Shown here one piece after another: positions 8,622 to 21,720 of a stretch of DNA of 46,815 bases. The notes below the pieces were generated by a model that saw only the letters and a list, made by a program, of their open reading frames with translations, was not told the DNA's origin and searched no databases. The DNA lies in assembly GCA_049424145.1 (NCBI GenBank), contig JBMSSC010000006.1, forward strand, positions 1 through 46,815, in the 5' to 3' direction. The position numbers and the translations under genes were made by a program. Numbering within the stretch: position 1 is the stretch's first letter; each line of letters begins with the position of its first letter. Source of the DNA: Bdellovibrionia bacterium (lineage in GTDB: Bacteria; Bdellovibrionota; UBA1018).

Positions 8622-10073
8622 ATGGGAAAAATCAAAGTTCATTACGTTTGCCGAAGTTGTGGCTACAGTTCCCATAAGTGGTTAGGCAAGTGCTCAGGCT
8701 GTGGGGCTTGGAATTCTTTGAGCGAAGAAACTCAGGTCGCCCCTGCAGAGGCCGGCTCTCTTTCGGCCATGCGTGAGGAGTTCATCGAGTTCAGCGAGCG
8801 GGAGAAGGCAGCAAGCCCCTTAGAGGGTCTGGATTTTACTGCTGCCCCTGTTCAGGAGTTGGGCAGCGCGTCGGCTGAAGCAGGAAAGCCTCAGAGCCGA
8901 TGTTCAACGGGTCTTGTGGAGCTGGACCGAGTCTTAGGGGGAGGACTGGTTCGAGATAGCCTCATTTTGCTGGGTGGGGATCCTGGCATCGGAAAAAGCA
9001 CCTTGCTGCTTCAAATGGCAGCAGGCTTAAGTCAGAAAAATCCGGATTCAAAAGTTTTCTACGCCAGTGGAGAAGAATCCGTGGAGCAAATTCGTCTTCG
9101 CTCCAGTCGCTTAGGAGTCCATGGGAGGGGAAAGATCTTTTTAGCATCTGAGACCCAGTTGGAGAAAATCTTTGCGTCGGTGAAGGAGTTAAGGCCCGAT
9201 GTTTTAATCGTGGACTCTTTACAAACGGTCTCAACCTCTTACTGTCCTTCAGCCCCGGGAAGTGTAGGCCAACTGAGGGAAGTCACGGTTCGTCTGATGA
9301 CCCTAGCTAAGACGGCTGGGATTTGTGTGTGGTTGGTGGGCCATGTGACCAAAGATGGGGCCATTGCTGGTCCTAAGACCGTGGAGCACATGGTGGATAC
9401 AGTGTTGTACTTTGAGGGAGAAAGCGGTCAGAGCTATCGCCTCCTGAGGACGGTGAAGAATCGATTTGGGAGCACTCGCGAGTTAGGGGTGTTTGAGATG
9501 GACTCAGAAGGCTTGGTTGAAGTCACTAATCCTTCAGCCTTGTTTTTAAGTGAGCGGCTTGAAGCTGTTTCAGGAACGGCGGTGGGCTCTCCGATCGAAG
9601 GCTCGCGCCCCCTTTTAGTGGAGTTTCAAGCCCTTGTCACTCCCTCTGGGCTTGCGGTTCCCAGGAGGACCTCCGTTGGAATGGATGGAAACCGGATCTC
9701 TCTTTTGGCTGCAATCCTGGAAAAACACCTGCGCTTAAAGTTAGCGGAGCAGGATTTATTCTTTAATATCGCCGGGGGATTGAAAATCACGGAGCCTGCG
9801 TGTGATCTTGCCGCAGTGGCTGCCATTTGGTCGAGCTTTGAGGAGCGAGCCCTTCCTTTAGGCTGGGCCTTTGTGGGTGAGGTGGGGCTTACAGGGGAGG
9901 TGCGACGGGTGAGTCAATGTGACCTGCGTGTAGAGGAAGCCAAAAGGCAAGGGTTTCAAGGGGTGGTTTTACCACGCAGTCTGTCGAAGTCCGTTTTGGA
10001 TCGAATTGAGGGATCTGCTGCATTGAAGATTCGGGCAATCGATAGGATTGAAGAGTTGCCAAAGCTCTTTTGA
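8622..10073 (+). CDS. radA: DNA repair protein RadA/Sms
   Basis: N-terminal C4 zinc finger, GDPGIGKS Walker A, KNRFG motif, Lon-like C-terminus. Confidence 0.97.
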   Translation: MGKIKVHYVCRSCGYSSHKWLGKCSGCGAWNSLSEETQVAPAEAGSLSAMREEFIEFSEREKAASPLEGLDFTAAPVQELGSASAEAGKPQSRCSTGLVELDRVLGGGLVRDSLILLGGDPGIGKSTLLLQMAAGLSQKNPDSKVFYASGEESVEQIRLRSSRLGVHGRGKIFLASETQLEKIFASVKELRPDVLIVDSLQTVSTSYCPSAPGSVGQLREVTVRLMTLAKTAGICVWLVGHVTKDGAIAGPKTVEHMVDTVLYFEGESGQSYRLLRTVKNRFGSTRELGVFEMDSEGLVEVTNPSALFLSERLEAVSGTAVGSPIEGSRPLLVEFQALVTPSGLAVPRRTSVGMDGNRISLLAAILEKHLRLKLAEQDLFFNIAGGLKITEPACDLAAVAAIWSSFEERALPLGWAFVGEVGLTGEVRRVSQCDLRVEEAKRQGFQGVVLPRSLSKSVLDRIEGSAALKIRAIDRIEELPKLF

Positions 10074-10103
10074 TTTTTTAACTCTTCATGTTAAATTATA
10101 GGC

Positions 10104-10532
10104 ATGGCAAGAGATGACGAAGAAGCGGTTCGAAAAAGGATTCGACAGCGTGAAGATGAGCGCGAGGCTGAAGAGCAAGAGGAGAAAAGAAAAAAACAGC
10201 AATATGAGTTCTCCTCAGCTGAAAATACGACGGAAAAACTCCTGGATCTGATGACTCGAGCCGATCCTCTCATTGATCAGCTCAATAACCTTTACAATCA
10301 GTATTTTTCAGGAGCCGAGAAAACTCCTCCCAACGAGCGCAGGAAGATCTTGGATCAAATCATGGCGACCCTTCAGTTGATGAGTAAACCCACGGCGTCG
10401 GCTTTATATCGCTACACCACTGTACAATCGAAGTACCTCACGTTTCGGGACCGCTGGGATAAGCGCTTAAAAGATCTGGAGAACGGAAAAATGCAGGCAC
10501 TACGCGTCTCCCAAACCGGTCGTAAACGTTAG
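10104..10532 (+). CDS. Hypothetical helical protein, similar to MXAN_5187-associated domain proteins
   Basis: LYNQYFSGAEKTPP...RY......Y......WDKRLKDLENG pattern recalled from deltaproteobacterial proteins; family call tentative. Confidence 0.55.
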   Translation: MARDDEEAVRKRIRQREDEREAEEQEEKRKKQQYEFSSAENTTEKLLDLMTRADPLIDQLNNLYNQYFSGAEKTPPNERRKILDQIMATLQLMSKPTASALYRYTTVQSKYLTFRDRWDKRLKDLENGKMQALRVSQTGRKR

Positions 10533-10539
10533 AGACGTG

Positions 10540-14147
<3,608 letters not shown>

Positions 14148-14170
<23 letters not shown>

Positions 14171-14444
14171 AGAAAGCGATCAGGGTTTTAAGCTCCGCGA
14201 TTTCTTCCTCGGCCCTTTGAAGTTTTAAATGGACTTCATCAAAAGCAGGTGAAGCATCATGCGGAGTCGTTTTGGGAGGGGATGGACTCTCATCCCAAAT
14301 CAGGTAGCGGCCATGGTCAATCTTATATTGGATCTTATCGGCTTTAATGTAACGCCTGATCGTTGATATGCTGATGTCCTTTTCCGTGGCATATTGCAGG
14401 ATCGAAATCCAACTTCCTTGTGCAGTGCGTTCTTTAGGATTCAT
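14148..14444 (-). CDS. Small HTH (MerR/excisionase-like) coiled-coil protein
   Basis: WISILQYATEKDISISTIRRYIK helix-turn-helix; C-terminal EEIAELKTLIAFYE coiled coil. Confidence 0.65.
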
Positions 14445-14499
14445 AGGTCTAGTTTCAATTGTATTTCCATGAGCTTTAAATTCAAGTAATCTTATTGGT

Positions 14500-15795
14500 A
14501 TGAAGGGTGACACTTCGAGCCGTGAGGAGAGGATTAAAATTGGGCCGAAGCGCAAGATTGCTTTTGTGTGCAGCGGTGGGGCCACTAAAGCTGGAGCGTT
14601 TCACTTAGGTGTTGCCCTCGCATTGCAAGAGCAGGGCTTTAAGTTTTTTGGTGGCATGGCCCCGGTAAATGGGCCTGCTCCGAAGCCGGGCCCTATGGAT
14701 ATCTCCTTGTTTGTGGGTTCCAGTGCGGGATCGATCATTTCTTCCTACTTAGCAGCGGGCTATTCTTTAGATAATATTGTGAATTCTTTTTTAGGAAAAA
14801 CTCCCACGGAAGCCGATCGAGCCTTTCTTACTCCCAAGGAGTTACCTAGGCTCACGTATCAGAAAATGTTTAAGATCAAGCCCAATCTAGGTATGGCTGA
14901 GCAGTTAGGTCAGCTTAAGAAAATTCGCAAAAGCTTCTCTGAACTGCTCAATGGAGACTTGGACTCCTTCCTTCAGTTTAAGTGGTTTAAAATGAGTGGA
15001 ATTTTTTCGACTCACGGCATTGAGCAGTACATGAGAGAAGAAGTGCTGTTGTCCAATCGGTTTCAGGATTACCTGGCTGATTTATTTATTGTCGGAACGC
15101 AGTTGAATCATTCTAGAAAAGTCGTTTTCGGAAAATTCAGTTATCAACCGCCTCCTCATGATTTGACGTGTCAGTATGAAAACGACGTGGGAATTTCAGA
15201 GGCCTGCGCTGCCAGTACGGCGTTACCCGTGATTTTTAGTCCCTACCCCATTCGAACGCGCAACCAGTTGGCCTATTACATTGATGGAGAAATTCGAGAC
15301 ACGCTTTCCTCTCATATTGCAGTGGATGGGGGGGCGGATTTGGTGATTGCAAGTTACACGCATCAACCACTTCATGTGTCTCATGATCCCTCTGCTTTGA
15401 TCAACGAGGGGATTCCAGCCATCATGATTCAATCCATCTACCTTTTAATTGAGCAGAAGATCAATAATCATATTTTTAATAAGACCTCAAACCGAAATGC
15501 CATTGATGCTGTCTCCAAGTACTGTCGACAAGAGGGGATTTCAGACGCTCATCGTCAGAGGATTTGTGAAATCCTTGAGGTGCAGCTCAATTATCGAATG
15601 GACATTGATACCATTTACATCCATCCGAGTCCCTCCGATGCGCAGCTTTTTTACGGAGAGCACTTTAGTCTTTCGCCCAAAAAGATGGCCGATATGGTGA
15701 AAAGCGGATTTCAAGCCGCCATTGCCAAGCTTCGTCAGTATGAGTTTGCTGATCGCGTGAAGACTCATGCCATTGGAGTCACCGATTCAGGCTGA
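14500..15795 (+). CDS. Patatin-like phospholipase
   Basis: SGGATKAG glycine loop, GSSAG nucleophile, IDGE catalytic Asp. Confidence 0.9.
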   Translation: MKGDTSSREERIKIGPKRKIAFVCSGGATKAGAFHLGVALALQEQGFKFFGGMAPVNGPAPKPGPMDISLFVGSSAGSIISSYLAAGYSLDNIVNSFLGKTPTEADRAFLTPKELPRLTYQKMFKIKPNLGMAEQLGQLKKIRKSFSELLNGDLDSFLQFKWFKMSGIFSTHGIEQYMREEVLLSNRFQDYLADLFIVGTQLNHSRKVVFGKFSYQPPPHDLTCQYENDVGISEACAASTALPVIFSPYPIRTRNQLAYYIDGEIRDTLSSHIAVDGGADLVIASYTHQPLHVSHDPSALINEGIPAIMIQSIYLLIEQKINNHIFNKTSNRNAIDAVSKYCRQEGISDAHRQRICEILEVQLNYRMDIDTIYIHPSPSDAQLFYGEHFSLSPKKMADMVKSGFQAAIAKLRQYEFADRVKTHAIGVTDSG

Positions 15796-16115
15796 GTGCT
15801 CAAGGGGGTGTGAGCGTCGGTCTTTTGGATTTTATTTTTTTTGATCCAAGCTTCTGAAGCGCAGGTGACAACAAAAGAACCTAAGTCCTTGCCCACTTGC
15901 GAGGATTGCTGCATCAACCACTTCGTTTTCTTCCTGCCGATCCAATAGCCCAACAAAAAACATCCGATGGCCAACGAGAGGGATTCACTCACTTGGGGGG
16001 GGCTTAAGGGGGAAGTGGTTTGGGGTCTGAGTTGTAGCGGGATTTCTTTTGAGTCCATAAAGCCATTTTCCTGGATGAGTGTTGAGTGGGAGATCCGTTT
16101 TTGGGTGGAGGGCAA
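15765..16115 (-). CDS. Hypothetical membrane-anchored protein
   Basis: Single hydrophobic segment followed by basic residues; start uncertain (16115 or 16058). Confidence 0.45.
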   Translation of the reverse strand: MPSTQKRISHSTLIQENGFMDSKEIPLQLRPQTTSPLSPPQVSESLSLAIGCFLLGYWIGRKKTKWLMQQSSQVGKDLGSFVVTCASEAWIKKNKIQKTDAHTPLSTQPESVTPMA

Positions 16116-16275
16116 AAAAGCCCTCTCGGTGTTGAGAGATCCAAGATGGATGCCAAAAGGTGAGCTCAGGCGATTTTTAGACTCCTTGAATTTTAAGCGC
16201 GGCTGATTTTGGTATGTGGGTTGCTAAGAGTGGGTGGAGCAAAAACAGCAGCCCCAACCACGAGGAGAGTAGGAC

Positions 16276-16551
16276 ATGGAAGAAAACTCAGAGTTTCAGG
16301 GCAAAGCCACTTTGGATTCTTCGCGGGACGATGGGCTTGAGGCAATTTTAAAGGCTGCGCATCAAGTGAGAGCCGACGTGGAGCGGATGGTGGATGAATG
16401 TGATCTTCAAGCCATCACTCATCGCGTGGATGAGTTGGGGAGGAGAAACCCTTTGGGCCTGGCTTTAGTGGCTCTGAGCCTAGGAGTGATGGCTGGGATT
16501 CTACTGAGAGATCCTCAGTCTGGTCGATCAGAGCTAGGCTTGAGGCACTAG
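16276..16551 (+). CDS. DUF883/ElaB/YqjD-like tail-anchored protein
   Basis: RRNPLGLALVALSLGVMAGILLR C-terminal motif; GAGGAG upstream. Confidence 0.7.
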   Translation: MEENSEFQGKATLDSSRDDGLEAILKAAHQVRADVERMVDECDLQAITHRVDELGRRNPLGLALVALSLGVMAGILLRDPQSGRSELGLRH

Positions 16552-16589
16552 CTTTTCCTCTTGGAGTCTGATAAAAGCCTTCCTAACCG

Positions 16590-17108
16590 ATGAATGCTCG
16601 TCCGTGTTCCATTATCCTTTCGAAAGAAGCCTTTAAGTTCTCTTCTGCCCATATGACGGTTTTTCCCGATGGCAGCAAAGAGGCACTTCATGGGCACAAT
16701 TACCAAGTGGAAGTCGAAATTCAATTACTCGATACTTCACTGAATCAGTTGATCTCATTTTCGGTATTTAAGGAGCAAATCAAACAGATCTGTCAGCAGT
16801 GGGATGAGAAAATTCTGATTGCCGAGAAGTGTCCTTTTTTTCAGGTCCGCTCCCAATCTGCAGCTGAGTTTGAATTTATTCTATGTCAAAAACGCTACCT
16901 TCTGCCTGCAGATGAGGTGGTTTTACTGCCCTTAGATAACGTAACGACTGAAACGCTGGCTCATGAGTTCTGTGATCGCCTCGTTCAGGTGTTTGAATCC
17001 AACCGTTTGTTTGCTGGAGTCTCGGGATTGAAAGTTCGAATTGATGAATCCCGAGGTCAAGGCGCATCGGTGAGTTGGGCTCACTCCTCGCGTTCTTCCA
17101 GGGGATAA
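16590..17108 (+). CDS. 6-pyruvoyl-tetrahydropterin synthase/QueD family, PTPS-III-like
   Basis: FSSAH, EALHGHNY (E-x2-HGH), TTETLA. Confidence 0.85.
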   Translation: MNARPCSIILSKEAFKFSSAHMTVFPDGSKEALHGHNYQVEVEIQLLDTSLNQLISFSVFKEQIKQICQQWDEKILIAEKCPFFQVRSQSAAEFEFILCQKRYLLPADEVVLLPLDNVTTETLAHEFCDRLVQVFESNRLFAGVSGLKVRIDESRGQGASVSWAHSSRSSRG

Positions 17109-17137
17109 GGTTTTAGCCCCCAAAAAGTGAATCCCAG

Positions 17138-17542
17138 ATGAAAGCTGAATTAATCACTGAATTTCAATTTGAGGCCTCCCACTCGTTATCTGGCTATGAA
17201 GAGCCTCATTCTCACCTTTGGAGGTTACAACTGGTTTTGGCGGGCGAGGTCGTTCAGGGAAAGATTGTCGATCTGGTGGATCTAAGAGCTCAAGTGGAGG
17301 CAATTCTTTTGGATCTCAGAGGGACCTACTTAAATGAAAACCCCAAAGTTTTAGAATCCGTGAGGCAAGCGCCGACTTGTGAGACCTTGTGTGAGTACTT
17401 TGGTCAAAAGATGGATCAATTGATTCAAGCCCATTGGAGTTTGGTGAATCCCTCGGTTGGTCTTGGCTCGGTTTGCGTGACCCTGTGCGATCTAGAGGGA
17501 AATGAATTAGGGGGGGTTAGGACCCGTGCTGGAGGTTTTTGA
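17138..17542 (+). CDS. Second PTPS/QueD-family protein
   Basis: FEASH, EEPHSH, YLNE, PTCETL. Confidence 0.75.
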   Translation: MKAELITEFQFEASHSLSGYEEPHSHLWRLQLVLAGEVVQGKIVDLVDLRAQVEAILLDLRGTYLNENPKVLESVRQAPTCETLCEYFGQKMDQLIQAHWSLVNPSVGLGSVCVTLCDLEGNELGGVRTRAGGF

Positions 17543-17579
17543 AACATCCTGGTGATCTCCTCTGTGGACTTGCTTGATT

Positions 17580-17871
17580 GAGAAAGTTCTTGAAATTGAG
17601 GTATCTGGTTCTCGCAATAGCAAGAGATTGCGTAAAACTTTTCTGGGGTAAAATCTAAAAAGCACGGCAGAAGTTTCTAGATACTTTGCCCGCCTTAAAT
17701 TCGAGATGACAAGTGTCTTAAAACTTCACCCACGGAGCTCAGGAAAGTGCGCGTGGAGGAGAAGATCAGACGATATGAGGATGGAATAGTTCCGAAAATT
17801 GCAAGCTCTGAGAAACGCAAGGCGGGCTAATGCCAAGGGAAGCTGGGGTCTTTAAGGCCCGAGAGCTATTC
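17580..17871 (+). repeat. Dispersed structured repeat, copy A
   Basis: Collinear similarity to 39225-39485 (+), 35677-35970 (-) and 41079-41247 (-); shared GGGGTAAAATCT, TTCGAGAT, CACCCACGGA, ATATGAGGATGGAATA, GGGCTAAT, GGGAAGCT. Confidence 0.9.
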
Positions 17872-18081
17872 GTGCACCCACCCCCTGCAATCAGGTAGAA
17901 ATTGCATCCTGAGTTTCGGTGAATCACAAAGACATTAGTTTTAAGTCGATTCGACTTCTGCACACCATTCAGTGCAACTTGACGCAACCCCATGCAATGA
18001 GGTACAAGCATCCTTCTTGGCGAGCTTGAAAAACGCAAGTCAGATCAAGCGTTTGCAACTCGTTGAAAATATGGATAAAAC

Positions 18082-18171
18082 GGAGAGGTGGGTGAGTGGT
18101 TGAAACCGCACGCCTCGAAAGCGTGTTTACCTTAACGGGTAACGAGGGTTCGAATCCCTCCTTCTCCGCCA
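18082..18171 (+). tRNA. tRNA-Ser (anticodon CGA)
   Basis: CACGC-CTCGAAA-GCGTG anticodon arm, long variable arm, GGTTCGAATCC, encoded CCA. Confidence 0.97.
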
Positions 18172-18245
18172 TCCATCGGCTCTGCCTTCAACTTTTTCAG
18201 CTTTTTTTGAATGGCACCCACCATCAAGTGAGTAGACCCCTTTTT

Positions 18246-19604
18246 TTAACTGAGCACATTTTTTTGGGTCGTCTCGGGTAAGGCTTCCATGCGAGAGGGG
18301 ATCGAGATCCCATAGTGCTTGATCTGGCGATGCACGGTGGATGGGTTTTTCCCTAAAATCTTTGCTGCATGAGTCCGGTTCCCCTTAGATTGCTCGAGGG
18401 CGTGAATGAGTTTGGAGCGATCGTCAGAGGAGTCGAAATCGAGGGTCTCCGTTTTTTTGAGGAGGTAGTTTAAGACGGCTTCTTCATCCAACTCTTGCTT
18501 TTCACAAAGCGTCACAACTTTTTGAGCAAAGTGGGAGAGCTCTCTTACGTTTCCAGGCCAGCCATAAGAAAGCAGGAGGGGGAGGGCCTGAGCACGAATG
18601 GGGAAGGGGTGACCGTCTGAGAACTCCTGAATGTACTTGGTCAGATAGAGTTGCACGTCCTCAGGCCTTTGTCGGAGAGGGGGGATGTGAACTTCAAAGG
18701 TATTGAGGCGATAGTACAGATCCTCCCGAAACTCATCTAAGAGAATCATTCGAGGGATGTTCTTATTTGTGGCTGAGATGAATTGGACTGAAACTTTTCT
18801 AGGCTTTGAATCTCCTAAGCGTCGCACTTCCCCCTCTTGAATGACTCGAAGGAGTTTGGCCTGTAGATCCAAGGAGCAATCCCCGATCTCATCGAGAAAA
18901 AAAATTCCGTTATGGGCATGTTCAATGAGTCCCACCTTATCCGTTAAGGCACCTGTGAAAGCCCCTTTGCAGTGGCCAAAGAGCTCGGATTCGGCCATGT
19001 CTTTTGGGATGGCAGCCATGTTGGCTGTGATTAAGGTTTTTTTGCTTCGAGAGGCAATGGTTTTAGCCATGTACTCTTTTCCCGTGCCGCTCTCACCCGT
19101 GATGAGGATGGAGGGTGATTGGCCTCGAGCCGAGATTTTGTCCACCTCCATGAGAACTTTTTTCATTTTAGGAGATGCCGTTAAAAAATCAAATGCTCCA
19201 TTCTTATGGGAGGCTTGGAGTTTTTTTTGAATGAGCCCCGTTTCAATCGCATTTTGTAAGTCGATCTCGGTATCATCATCTTTGGCAATAAACTGAGTGT
19301 GTCGCCTTTGGGTTGCTTGGACGATTCGTTTTGTTTTCTTGTCATTGCTGAAGACCACAATGGGGATTTCATGAAAATTCATCGAGATCCAGTCCATTAA
19401 AACCAGTCCGTCTTCGGCTTGAGCCTCAAAATTCAAATCAGTGACAATGAGATCGATTAAGTTATTGTTGAGAACCGCTTTGGCCAAAGGAACGGAGGTC
19501 GCTGTTTTGATCTCATAGTGATTCTGAAAACTCATTTTGAGGGTTCGAAGAACGAGTGGGTCATCATCGACGAGAAGGAGTTTCGCCTGGGCAGATTCAA
19601 TCAT
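18246..19604 (-). CDS. Sigma54-dependent response regulator (NtrC/AtoC family)
   Basis: REC (LLVDDD, TDL), GESGTGKE, GAFTGA, FLDEIG, WPGNVREL, Fis-type HTH. Confidence 0.95.
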   Translation of the reverse strand: MIESAQAKLLLVDDDPLVLRTLKMSFQNHYEIKTATSVPLAKAVLNNNLIDLIVTDLNFEAQAEDGLVLMDWISMNFHEIPIVVFSNDKKTKRIVQATQRRHTQFIAKDDDTEIDLQNAIETGLIQKKLQASHKNGAFDFLTASPKMKKVLMEVDKISARGQSPSILITGESGTGKEYMAKTIASRSKKTLITANMAAIPKDMAESELFGHCKGAFTGALTDKVGLIEHAHNGIFFLDEIGDCSLDLQAKLLRVIQEGEVRRLGDSKPRKVSVQFISATNKNIPRMILLDEFREDLYYRLNTFEVHIPPLRQRPEDVQLYLTKYIQEFSDGHPFPIRAQALPLLLSYGWPGNVRELSHFAQKVVTLCEKQELDEEAVLNYLLKKTETLDFDSSDDRSKLIHALEQSKGNRTHAAKILGKNPSTVHRQIKHYGISIPSRMEALPETTQKNVLS

Positions 19605-20818
19605 AAGAGCACCTGAAAGCAGGCTCCACCCAGAGAAGAGGTCTCATAGATGATCCGTCCCCCATGGGAGCGGACGATATAGGCAGCGGAAGCCAGTCCT
19701 AATGCAGGTCGATCGGCTTTGGTAGAGCTTTTTCTACCTTGTAAATAAAGTCCCACCTCACTTGCGGGAACCCCAGGACCGTCATCCTCTACTCGAATGC
19801 AAAGGGGGCGATGGGCTCCAGATAAAGAAACTCTGAGGCGTTCCCGTTTAGCGTGCAAAGCATTTTGTATGAGGTTGGCGAGCGCTCTTCTGAGCAGGTC
19901 TCGGTCATGAGCCAGGAGGATCTCTTCATCGGGAAGTTGACATTCGATCGTTGGGGCAGGACTCGAATGGATGGAATACCAAGCATCTTCGATGGCCAGT
20001 CGAAGGGTGGGAACCAGGTTTTGGACCGGTAGCGATTGGGGCTCGAGATTCACCAGATATTTTCCTGCGGCCATTTGTCGACCCAGTTGATCGACGGTTT
20101 CTTTCATTAATTCAAAGACTTCGCTTTGCATTGAGGGATTTTTTTGGCTCTTTTCAAAGAGTTGAAGTTGGTTCTTTAAGGCTTTCCCGAGCTTTTCAAG
20201 GTCATGAATCAGATGTTTTTGGGCCTGATGGGTGAACTCTTGGGCTTTCAGCTGAGCGAGTTTGACTTGTGAATCCTGTAGAGATTGCCTTAGGTCGTGT
20301 TGATTCGTCCAAACCTCAACGAGAAGTGAATCCAGTTCTAAAAGACCTGAAATCGGCGGGGCCTTCTCCAAGAGAGGGTTGGATGAAATAAGGTGGACGG
20401 AGGCCTTAAACTGCTCAAGTGGCTCAAGCCTCTGATCCAGAAGAGCCGAGAGTTTTTTGATCCAAAACTTTCTCACTACCCATGTGGAGAGAAAAGCCAA
20501 TCCAGTCATTCCCTGACTGAAGGTCAAAAGCGTGTGGGAGAGTGATGGGGTAAAGTTTTGAATTTGGATACCCAGTTCAGCCGGAGTGGTGGCTTGCCCC
20601 CTTCTCTGGGGCTCTCGGTTGAGGGAAGGGATCGGATTTTCAAGAGGGTGCGCAGAGGGAAGGTGAAGTTGGACTACTCTTACTCCAATGAAGCTGCAGA
20701 GGAGCAGGATTCTTAAGCTCCAGAGCGTGATGGAAATCCAAAAGCAAGCGGGATTCAAAAGCGATTTGAAGTGTTCAGCTAAAGTCCCGTTGATCGGAGA
20801 GGAATGTGACTCTGTCAT
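19601..20818 (-). CDS. Membrane sensor histidine kinase
   Basis: Two TM segments, H-box LIHDL, N-box ANLIQNA, DDGPGV, ALGLA (variant G2 box); coupled to the regulator. Confidence 0.85.
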   Translation of the reverse strand: MTESHSSPINGTLAEHFKSLLNPACFWISITLWSLRILLLCSFIGVRVVQLHLPSAHPLENPIPSLNREPQRRGQATTPAELGIQIQNFTPSLSHTLLTFSQGMTGLAFLSTWVVRKFWIKKLSALLDQRLEPLEQFKASVHLISSNPLLEKAPPISGLLELDSLLVEVWTNQHDLRQSLQDSQVKLAQLKAQEFTHQAQKHLIHDLEKLGKALKNQLQLFEKSQKNPSMQSEVFELMKETVDQLGRQMAAGKYLVNLEPQSLPVQNLVPTLRLAIEDAWYSIHSSPAPTIECQLPDEEILLAHDRDLLRRALANLIQNALHAKRERLRVSLSGAHRPLCIRVEDDGPGVPASEVGLYLQGRKSSTKADRPALGLASAAYIVRSHGGRIIYETSSLGGACFQVLL

Positions 20819-20994
20819 AAATTACTCTGAACTCAAGTTTGCGATCCAGGAATCTACCCATCCTTTTGTTGAAGTGAGTTCAGTGACTAACATAAAACGT
20901 TGAAAAAACAAGTATCAATAAAAAGAGTTTTATCTAGTATTTTTATTTTATGAAAATCCATGGAATTCGACTTCGGTCTTGTTTCAAGACCCTA

Positions 20995-21045
20995 CCCTTG
21001 CATGAAATGCGAGAGTCTCGTGCAAGGGTCTTGCGGAAATCCGCA
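20995..21045. promoter_or_regulatory. Putative enhancer (UAS) palindromes for a sigma54 activator
   Basis: CCCTTGCA(20995)...TGCAAGGG(21028) and TGCGGA-AA-TCCGCA (21032-21045), about 100-150 bp upstream of a -24-like box. Confidence 0.4.
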
Positions 21046-21142
21046 TCTGTTCAGGAGAAAGAAGGATTTGCTGTTTTTGTGTAACTCTATGAATTTAAAT
21101 GAGATTTAATCTATTTTAAAAAATATCATTTTTTTAAGGATT

Positions 21143-21158
21143 TGGCACGGTTCTAGAA
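21143..21158 (+). promoter_or_regulatory. Putative sigma54 -24/-12 promoter (imperfect -12)
   Basis: TGGCACGGTTCTAGAA versus consensus TGGCAC-N5-TTGCW. Confidence 0.45.
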
Positions 21159-21211
21159 TTAATGGGATTTGCCGAACTCGATGGGTTCGGTTGAATATAA
21201 AGGAGGTAACT

Positions 21212-21400
21212 ATGAGAATGAGCTTTTGTCCGAGATGCAGTGAAAGGGGTTTTGAGTCTTTGAAAACTCATTCTTACTGCATTAACTGTAACTATTATCC
21301 GGAAGATTACTCTTCTAAACTGTTTCATCATAAAGGAGTCTTGAGTGCTGAAAATCGAAAGAAATTGACGAAACACGCTCGGCAGTTAGACTCCGCCTGA
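21212..21400 (+). CDS. Small zinc-ribbon protein
   Basis: AGGAGG at 21201-21206, ATG 21212; CPRC...CINC; 62 aa. Confidence 0.75.
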   Translation: MRMSFCPRCSERGFESLKTHSYCINCNYYPEDYSSKLFHHKGVLSAENRKKLTKHARQLDSA

Positions 21401-21720
21401 TGACCTTTAGGATCAGGTTTGAATAGAACCAGAAGAGAAGCTCTCTGAATTGAGTTTCGTTTTGGGAGTCTCTCTTCAGTTAGGGTTAAATCAAAATGAC
21501 AAGAGTATGGATCTTCGGGGAAGTCATCAAGAGACTAGAACTCACGGCTGGAGATGAGTGAATTCTGGTCACGAAGAAAACACCTGCTTTGATCCAAAAG
21601 AACCAAGCTGAGTCATCCTGTGGATTCATCCACGAAAGACTAAAAAACTTTGGACTTTTTTTGGCGCGAAGTAGGTGTTTTCAAGTGTGTACCCCACCTG
21701 ATGCTCTTTGATTCCCAGAT

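Noticed and set aside
17969..18281. Short ORFs overlapping tRNA-Ser(CGA), and 38695-39115 over tRNA-Ser(GCT)
   Set aside because: They are translations of tRNA sequence.
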